From the NCBI GenBank assembly GCA_963804165.1, contig CAWDPO010000045.1, forward strand, positions 128,001 through 192,000: a stretch of DNA of 64,000 nucleotides, written 5' to 3'. The notes under the pieces are model-generated. The model did no database searches. It worked only from the letters and a program-made list of their open reading frames with translations, and had not been told where the DNA came from. This stretch comes from an uncultured delta proteobacterium (GTDB lineage: Bacteria; Desulfobacterota; Binatia; UBA9968). A program made the position numbers and the translations under genes. This document shows, piece by piece, positions 30,955-42,110 of the stretch. How positions within the stretch are numbered: the stretch's first letter is position 1; the number at the start of each line of letters is the position of its first letter.

Positions 30955-31980
30955 ATGGGCAAATTTCACGTAGCTTATTTTGGCAGTAACGATGTGCCGG
31001 TCGATCTCATCAAACCGATCCTGGCCGAGATCGATGCCGACATGACAATCCGCCGGCCGACCAACGATGCCGAAGTCGTCGAAATGAGCAAAGACGCCGA
31101 CGGCATCATCATGCACGGCTCGGTGCCGCTTACCCGCGAGATCATTTCGCAACTGAAGCGCACCAAAGTCGTCGCCCGCACCGGCGTCGGCGTCGATCGA
31201 ATGGATCTTAAAGCCGCCGCTGACCATGGCCTTATTATTTGCAACGCCGCTGGGTGCAATTCGATCGAAGTCGCCGAGCAAGCCATCGGTCTATTGATCG
31301 CGATCTCGCGTAAGCTCATGCGCATGAACCAGTACGTGCGCGACGGCAAATGGCGCCGCCACACCGCCGAACTGCACGCCTATCGCGGCCGCGTCTATCG
31401 AATCCAAGGGCGCACTTTGGGCATTGTCGGTCTCGGGCATGTAGGTAAGCAAGTCGCACCGCGCGCGCAAGGCCTGAGATTGAACGTGCAAACCTATGAT
31501 CCGTATCTCGATCCGAAGGTCGCGGAAAAAATGGGCGTCAAGATGGTTTCCTTCGACGAGCTGGTTAAAACCTCGGACTTCATCAGCGTGCACGCGCCAC
31601 TGACGAAGCAAACTCGTCACATGTTCGGTGCGCCGCAGTTCAAGGCGATGAAGAACAGCGCCTATCTGATCAACTGCGCGCGCGGTGGTCTCGTCGATTC
31701 CGATGGGCTCTATGACGCGTTGGTCGCCGGTGAATTATCCGGGGCCGCGTTGGATGTGACCGAGCCCGAACCGTTACCAGCGGATCACAAGCTGCTCACA
31801 CTGCCCAACGTCATCGTCACCTGTCACACGGCCGCTAACTCGGACGAATCCTATATCGACTGCCAAACCCACGCGGCAAGAGAAGTCGCCAACGTGCTCA
31901 GCGGCAAAGGGCCGACGACGGAGATCAAAGATCCGTGGCTGTTGGCCGAAGCTCAAGATGAGGGTTTCGGCGGCGTGTAA
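30955..31980 (+). CDS. D-isomer-specific 2-hydroxyacid dehydrogenase (CtBP/PGDH-like)
   Basis: RTGVGVD, GIVGLGHVG, INCARG, LDVTEPEP, TCHTA. Confidence 0.92.
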   Translation: MGKFHVAYFGSNDVPVDLIKPILAEIDADMTIRRPTNDAEVVEMSKDADGIIMHGSVPLTREIISQLKRTKVVARTGVGVDRMDLKAAADHGLIICNAAGCNSIEVAEQAIGLLIAISRKLMRMNQYVRDGKWRRHTAELHAYRGRVYRIQGRTLGIVGLGHVGKQVAPRAQGLRLNVQTYDPYLDPKVAEKMGVKMVSFDELVKTSDFISVHAPLTKQTRHMFGAPQFKAMKNSAYLINCARGGLVDSDGLYDALVAGELSGAALDVTEPEPLPADHKLLTLPNVIVTCHTAANSDESYIDCQTHAAREVANVLSGKGPTTEIKDPWLLAEAQDEGFGGV

Positions 31981-32012
31981 AACAACTCTAAACATTTCTT
32001 TCGTTCACCAAT

Positions 32013-32045
32013 AAGGCCCGAGTCTAAACGACCGGGCCTTTTTTT
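32013..32045 (+). terminator. Intrinsic terminator
   Basis: AAGGCCCG...CGGGCCTT followed by T run. Confidence 0.85.
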
Positions 32046-32373
32046 GGATATGGAATCGGCCTTTGCTCATCCGACAAATTTGCTTCATGCGTGCTCATAA
32101 GTCCGACAGATTTGTTAAAATGAGTGGACATCCGACCACGACCTTTTCGAGAGCTCCTTACCACCCCCTAAGTGGGGTATGTCACAGCGCCACGACCTCC
32201 GGCTTCGCCTCACGGCAGATTTAGGCGGTATCGGTCGGACCGCTCAAGAACAAGCCCTTTTTGCCGATTAATAATTGATAGAGCGGTCTATTTGGTTTCT
32301 GCCTCAAAACGAGGAAATTGCCGGTCCCGGGACTGCGGCGACTGGATTCCACGTGCGGCGAAGGAGAACAGGC

Positions 32374-34903
32374 ATGGGCAATGGAGAACTTGACCGTGAC
32401 GATCCGCCGAGAGACCCGAGCTCGTCGGTTCGAGCGTTGAAGGAATCCCTCGAGAGCCATCTTACCAAGACGCTTGCGCAAGACGAATTTACGGCGACGA
32501 CGCTCGGCCGCTATAACAGTCTTGCCCTGGCTGTCCGGGACCAGTTAATTCACCGCTGGTTGAATACCCAGCGAGCGCATCAACAAGCCGACACCAAGCA
32601 GGTTTACTATCTGTCGTTGGAATTTCTCCTGGGACGCATGCTTGGTAATAACCTGATCAACTTGCAGCTCTACGACGAGTCGGCCGACGTCCTGCGCGAG
32701 ATCGGTCATCGTCTTGAAGATCTGCGCGAAGTGGAATGGGACGCGGGCCTGGGCAACGGCGGTCTGGGCCGTCTTGCCGCGTGCTTCCTCGATTCGTTGG
32801 CAACGCTCCAGCTCCCGGCCTACGGGTACGGCATCCGATACGAGTACGGGATCTTTTTCCAACATATTCGCGACGGCGCGCAGATCGAAACTCCGGACAA
32901 CTGGTTGCGCTACGGCAATGTGTGGGAAATCCCCAGACCCGAGCGCATCTATTCGGTGCAGTTTTACGGGCGCGTCGCGCCGTCGGAAAATGGCCATGGT
33001 TCGCGCGGCGAATGGATCGATACCGATGATGTCATCGCCATGGCTTATGACTTTCCGGTACCCGGATACGGCAACGCCACAGCAAACAACCTTAGGCTAT
33101 GGGCCGCAAAATCGACTCGAGAATTCGATCTGGACTATTTTTAATCACGGCGATTACCTGCGCGCCGTCGAGGACAGAGACAAGACGGAAACCATCTCCA
33201 AGATTCTCTACCCCAACGATAGTGTTTCCGCGGGCAAAGAACTCCGTTTGAAGCAGGAGTATTTCTTCGTTTCGGCAACCTTACAAGACATACTCGCGCG
33301 CTACTGCAAGCGCCACGAAAACTTCGACGTATTTTCCGATAAAGTCGCCATTCAGCTCAACGACACTCATCCTTCTCTTGCCATCCCCGAGTTGATGCGC
33401 CTGCTGGTTTATCGCCACAGCCTCTCCTGGAAAGATGCTTGGGCTCTCACGACGCGAACGTTCGCCTACACCAACCACACGGTATTGCCCGAAGCCTTGG
33501 AACGGTGGCCGGTGAGGCTGCTGGAAAAAGTTGTACCGCCCATCTTGCTGATCATTTTCGAGATCAATCGGCGATTTTTGGAGGACGTGGCGAACCGATT
33601 TCCTGGCGACGAGGCGCGCGTTCAGCGGATGTCGTTGATCGAGGAGGGAGAGGAAAAATCAGTGCGCATGGCACACCTCGCAATCGTCGGCAGCCATTCG
33701 ATCAACGGGGTCTCGAGCCTCCACACGCAAATTTTACGAGACGAGGTTTTCCGTGATTTTTTTGAAATGTATCCGGCCCGCTTCAACAACAAGACGAACG
33801 GCATCACCCAAAGGCGCTGGCTCCTCCTCTCCAATCCGGGACTGGCCAAACTGATCACTGAACGTCTCGGCAACGGTTGGGTCACCAATCTGAGCGAGCT
33901 TGGCGCGCTAGTAGGGTTGGCGGACGATGCGGATTTTCGCGCCGCATGGCGGCAGGTCAAAGCCTCCAACAAGGAAGCGCTGGCGGCGGTCATTCGAAAG
34001 CAGACCGGCATTGAAGTTCGGCTGGACTCCATCTTTGATTGCCAGATCAAAAGAATTCACGAATATAAACGACAGCTCTTGAACGTCCTCCATCTCATTT
34101 ATCTTTACAATCGCATCAAGGCCGGAGACAGCATCGTGCCGCGAACCGCGATATTCGCCGGCAAAGCCGCGCCCGGCTATTTCATGGCCAAGCTCGTGAT
34201 CCGGCTGATCACGGCAGTGGCGGATCGAATCAATCGCGACGCCGACGCTGCGCCTTTTTTGAAAGTCGCGATGATTGCTAATTACGGCGTCTCTTTGGCC
34301 GAGAAAATCATACCGGCGGCGGACCTCTCGGAGCAGATTTCCACGGCCGGCACCGAAGCCTCCGGTACCAGTAACATGAAGTTCGCCCTCAATGGGGCGT
34401 TGATCATCGGCACCCTCGACGGCGCCAATGTGGAGATCCTCTACGAAGTCGGCGAAGAAAATATTTTCATCTTCGGCCTCAAGGCAGAGGAGGTGCGCCG
34501 GGCGAAAACAGATGGCTATCAACCGCGCCATTACTACGACAACGTTCCCGAACTAAGGAAAGTCATCGATATGATCGCCGGCGATTTCTTTTCAGCGGAC
34601 GCTCCAGGCCTCTTTAAGCCGATTGTGGAGTCTCTTATTGACGGCGGCGATCCCTATATGGTTCTGGCGGACTTTGAAGCCTACGTGGAATGCCAAAGAA
34701 AAGTATCACTGGCGTACCTGGACCCGGAGGGTTGGTCGCGTCGCTGCATTTTGAATGTCGCACGGATGGGAAGATTTTCCAGCGATCGGACGGTCAAGGA
34801 ATACGCCCAAGAGATCTGGGGCGTGGAACCAGTCCCGGTAACCTCTTCCTCGACCATAACACCGCTCACGACTTCAACGGTCGAACGTCGCGCGAAAAAC
34901 TAA
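32374..34903 (+). CDS. glgP: Glycogen/alpha-glucan phosphorylase (frameshift in T run near 33140)
   Basis: LGNGGLGRLAACF, QLNDTHP, NKTNG, KRIHEYKRQ, EASGTSNMK. Confidence 0.95.
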
Positions 34904-35088
34904 CCCGCACGCTGTCGCGAGACGACTTGGCTAAGAGTTCGATCGAACCACGAATGATGGGCCGTGAGCGTTGAAGCTCCGCAATATTTCTGCACAAATT
35001 TGTCCACACCTGGGCGTTCTCTGCCCGACCTCCGGAAGAATCTGAGTTAAATCTGCGAGAACTCCGGTCATTTTTGACCCAGCGTTGA

Positions 35089-35104
35089 GGGCATGGAAGT
35101 TGCT
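35089..35104 (+). promoter_or_regulatory. Putative sigma54 (-24/-12) promoter
   Basis: GGGCATGgaagTTGCT vs consensus TGGCACGnnnnTTGCW, about 25 nt before the ORF. Confidence 0.5.
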
Positions 35105-35127
35105 CAGTTCCACCTCCAAACGAGGGT

Positions 35128-35724
35128 GTGCCCATGACAATATATTTGCGGACAGGTTTCTTTCTGGCTTCTCTGGTATTTTTCGCCGGGACATCGGCAT
35201 TCGCCCAAACCAGCGGCGATGACCTCTATCGTGAATGGGTCGACTACCGGGACGGCGAGATTTCCGTCGACTTTGATCAAACCCCAGTTCAATTTGCGCT
35301 GCACGCCATACATGCCAAGACGGGTTTTCACATCGTGATGCCGGCGACGAGCGAAACTAAAGCAGTGAGTTTCAGGGTCAATCGGCAGGCGCTTGAGCCT
35401 GCCATGCGGTCACTGATCTCGAGGATTGGTTACAAGAACTTTGCTTTCATGTACGACGACAGCGGGCGGCCCCACCGCGCTATCATTCTCGGCAGCCAGC
35501 CGATCGCCGCGGAACCAACCGCGGTCGCGAAGGACGAACCTGCGGCCCAGCCGTTATCCACGGACGAGCGAGCAAAATTGCAGAAAGACCTGGAGCGCTG
35601 GAATGAGCTGAAACAAGAAGAGCGCGGCCGGATCGAAGATCGCTTGAAAAGCTTGCCCGAATCCGAAGAGCGCGAACAGCTGGTCAAGGCGTACGGGCGG
35701 CAGATTTTGGGTCTAGCCAAATGA
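35128..35724 (+). CDS. Hypothetical exported protein (secretin/TonB N-domain-like region plus helical tail)
   Basis: Signal peptide ending AFA; ISVDFDQTPVQFALHAIHAKTG; WNELKQEER helical tail. Confidence 0.65.
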   Translation: MPMTIYLRTGFFLASLVFFAGTSAFAQTSGDDLYREWVDYRDGEISVDFDQTPVQFALHAIHAKTGFHIVMPATSETKAVSFRVNRQALEPAMRSLISRIGYKNFAFMYDDSGRPHRAIILGSQPIAAEPTAVAKDEPAAQPLSTDERAKLQKDLERWNELKQEERGRIEDRLKSLPESEEREQLVKAYGRQILGLAK

Positions 35725-35789
35725 ACTGTATTCGTTAAACCGCGATAGAGAAGCCTAAGCGTAACTCTCCGTTTGTTAACGATCGTCCC

Positions 35790-36945
35790 TTATCCTCCCC
35801 ACAATTCCTTCGTTGCGATGCGCGCGCCTTCGGCCATCGCCTGAAACTTTGCCCATCCGACTTGAGGATGCCCAACCCTTGAACCGATCCCGCAGTCGGT
35901 GCCGGCGATGACATTTTCCCGACCCATGATTTTTCCGAAGCGCACCAAACGATCGGCGATCGCCCGGGGATGTTCGATAAAATCACTGTAGTGACCGACG
36001 ACGCCGGGAATGAAAATTTTACCGTCGGGAAACTTGACGTCATCCCACACACGCCACTCGTGATCGTGACAAGGGTTCGACGCCTCGACGGAATACGCTC
36101 GCGGCGCGCACTTTAAGAACCAGATCAATAATGTCTTCTAGCGGAATGTCGTATTTGTGCGGCCCGTGATAGCTGCCCCAGCACATGTGGAAGCGAATCC
36201 GATCGATTGGGAGGTCGCGCAGGCCGTGGTTTAGCGCGTCGATGCGCATCTCTTGGTATTTCCGATAATCGGCCACGGTCATTTCCGGGTGCATCTGCCA
36301 GGCGTCCGCCAAGTCGGGATCATCGATCTGCAGCACGAAGCCGGCGTCGACGATTGCCTTGTACTCCTCGCGCATGGCGTCGGCAATGGCGAACAGATAA
36401 GCCTCATCGGTCGGGTAATACTCATTTTTCATCCAGTGTTCCAAGGTGCCGGGCGCGATCGCCGGCAGAAAAGCTTCTTCATACTTTTTTCCCTGCAGCG
36501 CCGCTTTTAAGTTCGCGATGTCCGCCTTCACCTCGTCGTGGCCGACGTACTTGAGCGGCTCGACGCAGTAAAACACACGAGCGTGGTGGCCGATGGAAGT
36601 TCTGCCGCCACGGTTGAAATATTCGGTGAACTCGATCATATCGCGGCCAAAGATCGATGTCGGTTTGAAATCCGGACTCGCCGGCCGCTCAACGAATCCG
36701 CCAAGTCTTTCTTTGGTGTAGCGCGAAAAATTCGATTTCCCCAGTTCGCCGTCGTTGATAATATCGACACCGCATTCGATCTGCTTTTGCACGACCTCCG
36801 CCACGGCCTCCCGCGTACGGTTGGCGAGCGCTTTCTGATCGAACGGCTTACCCTCGTTTCTGGCCACGAGCATTTCCATCAAATCTTTCGGCCGCGCCAG
36901 GCTGCCCACGTGGGTCACGAGAATGCGATCAGTGCTTCGTTTCAT
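35790..36945 (-). CDS. Cobalamin-independent methionine synthase II family protein (frameshifted)
   Basis: THVGSLARP, DGE, QIDDP, HMCWGS, TDCG. Confidence 0.9.
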
Positions 36946-36969
36946 GACAACTGCCCTCGCTGCCAATGG

Positions 36970-37044
36970 TTGGAGTAATGGAGTGCTGGAGTATTGGAGT
37001 AATGGAATTCGGAATTAGCATCACTCCAACACTCCAACACTCCA
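36970..37044. repeat. 8-nt periodic TGGAGT/ACTCCA inverted array
   Basis: tggagtaa-tggagtgc-tggagtat-tggagtaa ... actccaac-actccaac-actcca. Confidence 0.8.
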
Positions 37045-37058
37045 TTTACCCTTTATCT

Positions 37059-38553
37059 TTACGAGCGTTTTTCCATGATGTATTTGATCAGAAACGGCCA
37101 GACTTGTGTCGCATCCGCGAGCATCTCGGCATAAATGCCGTTCTTGTCCGCTTTGCGCCAGGATTCGTTTTCCGAGTAGGTGCAACCCGACAAATGTCCG
37201 AAATGAGGCTTGTCGGGACAGATCCTCACGCCGTAGCTGAAGCGCCGGTTGGGAAACGTCGGGCCGAGCCGTTCGTTGATGATTTCGATCAATGGCGCGA
37301 CATTCTGCACGTTATTGCGCGGCACGCCGCCGCCGATGGAAAAGATGCCGAAGCGTTTCGTGCTCGTGACCAGGCGAATCAATTCTTTGCTGTCGAGCTC
37401 GAGATCCATCAGGATCGGCTTCCTGCCGCGCCGTCTGCGTTTCATATTGTGAATGTAAATATCGTTGCCCAGTTCCGAGTCGACGAAGGCGGGAACGAAC
37501 ACCGGCACGCCGTACTGATAAGCGGATTTTAAAATACCGCGCTCATTCGGATAGTTTTCCGCGAGGTGTTTACCGACGAGCTTGTTGAACGCAGTCGGGC
37601 TGAGCGTCTTTTTACCGTCGATTTTTTCAATCACCTTGCCGATCACTTCCTCAACGGTGTCGAGATTGGTCTCGGGCTCGAGCGTATCGGTCACGCGGTT
37701 GAGCTTGCGGCGCGCCAGCTCGGTGTCGTTGTACTTGGGATTATATTTATAATGCTTGAGCCCAATAGACGAAACCAAACCGTGGGCCATCAACGCGCCG
37801 GTGGACGAGATCGCGTGAATCAGCCCCCGTTCGATCATCTCGCAGATGATCAGATCCATCTTACCGACCGTCATAGCGCCGCTGACGGTTAGAAAGCGCT
37901 TGCAGCTTTTGTCGTTCACCATGGCTTCGAGCGCTTTGGCGCCGCGCGCGACTTGCGCGGCCAAGCCGCCGTAGGTTGCCAGTTTTGCAAGGAACGACTT
38001 CACTGAATCGCGTTTGTCGTTGATCCACTCATCGAGCGCAGCGTAGATCAACGGCATCACGTACCGCGGATCGGCGAAAACGGCATCCGGGAAATAGCCG
38101 TCGCGAATCTGACCGGGTCGCGCCATATCGAATGGGTTGATGAAGATCGCCCGCGCCGGTCTCTGATAGATCGCCTCCGCGTTGCGCTCGGAATAAGCGC
38201 CGACGACGATGACGTTTCCGCCGCGCTTTTTCCCGCGCGCATATTCGCGAAGGCAGCATGATTTGGCGACACCACTTATTCGTTACGAATCTTGTCAAGA
38301 GCAAGCCGAGCGGCGAGTCCGCGATGCCGCTATAGATGAGGATCGGTTTATCTTGCGCCGTCACCATTTCAAAAATCGTGTGGGCGACCTCGCCGAGCAT
38401 GCGCGCGCCGAAGGCGCAGTAGCGCATGGCGCTGACGATCTCGCCCACGCTGTTGCACTCTTGCAAATCGAGCGATCTGAGTTCTTCGAAGGGTAGTGCT
38501 TTCACGAAAATTTCTCGATGAAGTTTCTTCGTTTCGTAACACGCGGCTATCAT
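37059..38553 (-). CDS. Deoxyhypusine-synthase-like protein with extra N-terminal duplicate module (frameshift near 38250; start may be GTG 38505)
   Basis: SGAMTV, STGA, NRVTD, PAFVDSELG, GGGVPRN, GHLSGCT, ESWRK, DATQVWP. Confidence 0.88.
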
Positions 38554-38722
38554 TCAGTCAATTTAAGTTCGCGTGACAAGTGAACCAAGTCTGAGTTTTG
38601 TGATTCAATCTGCTTTTCGGAGACGCGCCAGTGTGGGACTGGCATCACGACCACGATCGAGCGCGCAATAGACCCATTCACGTTTGCAAGGGCGCGCGCG
38701 GACAGGAAAATAAAAACTGCGG

Positions 38723-39757
38723 TTACCGCAGCGCGGGCAATACGGACTTGGCGCAACGCTCCATGGACTTCAGCACTTTGTCCTGACTCAAGCCGCCGAA
38801 GTGAAACGTCAAACCGATGTGCGTCGTACCGACCACTTCGACGATGCGCTTGAGGATGCGCACGCAAGTTTCCGGGCCGCCGAAAACGCCGCGGCTGTCG
38901 CGCACCATCGCATCGTAATCCAAATGGCCGATCACACGCTCGTGGGCGGGCGTACCGGGAGCTATATTTTGCGCTTCGAGAGCAAAGCTGCGCCAACTAT
39001 GCCAATGCTCGATCACTTCGGCCCGCGCCTGGGCGTCGCTATCGCCGACGTAGACCGGATACATGGTGAAAATATCTTTATCGTCCACCTTGTGTCCATG
39101 CTCACGCAGCACGGTGCGATACATTTCCATCCGCGGCCCCTGCTCTTCGTTGGTGAAGATCCACGGCAGGGTCATCAGATGGTGGCCGCGCTTCCCAATC
39201 ATTTGAAAACTCTCCGGATCACGGTTCGCAGTGACGTAAATCGGCGGGTGGGGTTTCTGCCGGGGCTGCGGATAAACCCGCAGCTTGGGAAAATGATAAT
39301 GCTCTCCCTGCCACTCGAATTCGCCGCCGCTCCAGGCGCGTAGGATCACGTCGAGCGCTTCCGGCAGCCGCTTCTGTGCGGTGTTCCAGTCATAGCCAAA
39401 GACCGCGTACTCCGTCGGGTGCATGCCGCGTCCGGCTCCGAAATTCACACGCCCGTCGGACAGCTGGTCCACCATGGCGAATTCTTCGGCGATGCGCAGC
39501 GGATTGTGCATCGGGATGATCGACACCGCGGCGCCCAGACGCATACGTTTGGTGCGCTGGGCCGCGGCGGCGAGGATCACCGACGGGCTCGGCATCATGC
39601 CGCCAAAATTACGGAAATGGTGTTCGGTCACCCAAAGTGTGTCAAAGCCCAGCGATTCCGCCGCATCGAACTGTTCCAGCCAATGGCTGTAAACGTCGCT
39701 ACTCTCGCCATCCAATTCCGGAACATAGGTGTTGAGAATGTAATATCCGAATTTCAC
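38723..39757 (-). CDS. LLM-class flavin-dependent oxidoreductase
   Basis: WVTEHHF, PLRIAEE, GAGRG, PRQKPHPP. Confidence 0.93.
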   Translation of the reverse strand: MKFGYYILNTYVPELDGESSDVYSHWLEQFDAAESLGFDTLWVTEHHFRNFGGMMPSPSVILAAAAQRTKRMRLGAAVSIIPMHNPLRIAEEFAMVDQLSDGRVNFGAGRGMHPTEYAVFGYDWNTAQKRLPEALDVILRAWSGGEFEWQGEHYHFPKLRVYPQPRQKPHPPIYVTANRDPESFQMIGKRGHHLMTLPWIFTNEEQGPRMEMYRTVLREHGHKVDDKDIFTMYPVYVGDSDAQARAEVIEHWHSWRSFALEAQNIAPGTPAHERVIGHLDYDAMVRDSRGVFGGPETCVRILKRIVEVVGTTHIGLTFHFGGLSQDKVLKSMERCAKSVLPALR

Positions 39758-39952
39758 GATCTGAAATCTCCTTATTCATCGCCAATCGGCCGGACGGCTT
39801 TCCCGACCTAGCCACCGTCCCATGTCGGAACACTGAAAATAGGGGGATTTATCCAGGGCGTCAAGTAACGGTGCGACGAAATCGATCGACGTTGGTTTGC
39901 AATCGCACGATGAAATGAGGTTATTATAGAACATATTTTTTAGGAACCTGGA

Positions 39953-40846
39953 ATGAAGCAGTCTCACGTCTCGTCATTACTATTCTTGCGTCTACTCAAT
40001 TATCTCGCGGCATTTCTGATCTTTCTATCTACTCCGCTCAACGCGCAAGAGCTAAGCAAACTTCCCTACGTACCGACACCGCAAATCGTCGTTGACGAGA
40101 TGCTCAAAATGGCCGGCGTCACGGCGAAAGATTTTGTCATCGATCTCGGCTCCGGGGACGGCCGGATGATTATCACCGCCGCGCGAAATTTTAATGCCAG
40201 CGGCATGGGCGTCGACATCGATGCCAAGCTGGTGAACTTGTCCAACAAACAGGCGAAGGCCGACGGCGTTGGTGATCGCGCTAAATTCATCGAGCAAGAC
40301 ATGTTCAAAGCCGAGATCAGTAAAGCCACGGTCATAACACTCTATGTTTTGCCGGATTTCATGGAGAAGCTTCGTCCCAAGCTCATGGCGGAGTTGAAAC
40401 CCGGTACGCGCATTGTCGCGCACGATTATTACATGAGCGAATGGTACCCGGACCGCCAGGTCAGCCTCACCGTGCCGGAAAAAAGGGAGGCCAATGGCAC
40501 CGACAAGGCCTACCTCTATTTATGGATCGTTCCCGCCGTGGTCACCGGCGACTGGCGCATGGAGCTCGATTTCGGTGGCGGCAAACGACAGATTGTCGTC
40601 TTGACGTTGGATCAACAGTATCAGCGGCTGATAAGCGCATGGGCGGATTACGGGCTCGGTGCGATGAAAGTCGAAGAGTCATTGTTGCGAGGAAACGAGA
40701 TCAGCTTCAAACTCACGATCGGCGCGAATCCGTATCAGTTCACCGGCAATATCAACGATGGGAAGATGGAAGGCACTGCCGTCACTCCAGGAAACAGCCG
40801 GCTAATCCCGTGGCGCGCCGGCAAGCTGCCGTTGGAGAAAAAGTGA
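39953..40846 (+). CDS. Class I SAM-dependent methyltransferase with signal peptide and C-terminal beta domain
   Basis: PYVPTP, IDLGSGDGR, ATVITLY, LKPGTRIVAHDY. Confidence 0.88.
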   Translation: MKQSHVSSLLFLRLLNYLAAFLIFLSTPLNAQELSKLPYVPTPQIVVDEMLKMAGVTAKDFVIDLGSGDGRMIITAARNFNASGMGVDIDAKLVNLSNKQAKADGVGDRAKFIEQDMFKAEISKATVITLYVLPDFMEKLRPKLMAELKPGTRIVAHDYYMSEWYPDRQVSLTVPEKREANGTDKAYLYLWIVPAVVTGDWRMELDFGGGKRQIVVLTLDQQYQRLISAWADYGLGAMKVEESLLRGNEISFKLTIGANPYQFTGNINDGKMEGTAVTPGNSRLIPWRAGKLPLEKK

Positions 40847-40965
40847 GTTTGACTTCATGACGCGGGTTTCGTAGGAAAGAGGAAGTTTCAACGAGTCACA
40901 GTTTCAATGAGCAGATTTCCTGTTATCAGCGACAGAAGAATTGACTGAAAGCGAGGGACTTAACG

Positions 40966-42021
40966 ATGAGCACAGCCGCAGCGTATACTGCCGACTCGGT
41001 GTTGGCGGGCGAAAAAATCATTTCGGCGGATTCACACATCATGGAGGCGGACGATTTGTGGGTAAAGAATCTCACTCCGTCTCTAAAACCGAAATATCCC
41101 AACTTTCCCAAACGCAGTTCACCCGGCGAGCGCGACGGCGGTTGGGACCCCAAGGCGCGCATCAGCGAGATGGAAGTCGACGGAGTCTCCGCTGAGGTGC
41201 TTTATCCGACGCTCGGGCTGCGTTTGTTCGCGCTGGAAGACGCCGAACTTCAGGAAGCCTGCTTCCAGATCGCCAACGATTGGATGATCGATTACTGCAA
41301 AGTGACGCCGGGACGCTTGATCGGCATCCCGATGATCTCGCTATACAACATCAAGAATGCCATCAAGGAGCTCGAACGCTGCAAAAAAGCGGGACTCATC
41401 GGCAGCTTGATCTGGCAGGTTCCGCCCGCGCATCTGCCCTTTACCAGCGATTATTACGATCCCTTTTGGGAAGCCTCGGCCGAACTGAATATGCCGGTCA
41501 ACCTGCACATCTTGACCGGCTTTAACTACAGCCGCTTCGAGCGCAAGGGACTCGACACGTACAAGACCGCAGTAAACGATAAGGTCAATGACGCGGCAAA
41601 TACTTTATTCGATCTGGTGTTTACCGGCGTGCTGGCGCGTTTCCCGAAATTGAAACTGGTCTACGTCGAAAACGAGGTCGCCTGGCTGCCCTTCTACATG
41701 CATGAATGGGACAAGTATTATGTGCGCTTTAAAAATAAAGTGCCGCTGCCGTTCATGAAAAAACTCCCCGGCGAATATGTCAACGAGCAAGTGTACGCGA
41801 CGTTTTTCAGCGATCCGTGCGGCGGCCAGCTGATGAACCGCTTCGGTCAGGATACTTTCATGTGGTCCAACGACTATCCGCACGCCGCGTCGACCTGGCC
41901 GCACTCGCGGGACGTGATCGCGCGCGAGCTTGGCCATCTGCCCAAAGAGGTCCTGCGCAAAGTCGTGCGCGAGAACGTGATCAAGCTGTACGATCTGAAG
42001 ATCGACGGCGTTAACAATTGA
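40966..42021 (+). CDS. Amidohydrolase-2 family protein
   Basis: ISADSH, NLHI, VENEVAW, WSNDYPH. Confidence 0.92.
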   Translation: MSTAAAYTADSVLAGEKIISADSHIMEADDLWVKNLTPSLKPKYPNFPKRSSPGERDGGWDPKARISEMEVDGVSAEVLYPTLGLRLFALEDAELQEACFQIANDWMIDYCKVTPGRLIGIPMISLYNIKNAIKELERCKKAGLIGSLIWQVPPAHLPFTSDYYDPFWEASAELNMPVNLHILTGFNYSRFERKGLDTYKTAVNDKVNDAANTLFDLVFTGVLARFPKLKLVYVENEVAWLPFYMHEWDKYYVRFKNKVPLPFMKKLPGEYVNEQVYATFFSDPCGGQLMNRFGQDTFMWSNDYPHAASTWPHSRDVIARELGHLPKEVLRKVVRENVIKLYDLKIDGVNN

Positions 42022-42110
42022 CTTGCGCGCTGGCTGAAAGCGCGCGCAAGTCATCCTGAGCGAACGCGAAGGATCTCGACCGAAAAGGAATTTTCAAAAG
42101 GAGAGGTAGC

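Noticed and set aside
36970-37044. Repeat arrays as a CRISPR
   Set aside because: Period is 8 nt with no unique spacers and no cas genes in the window
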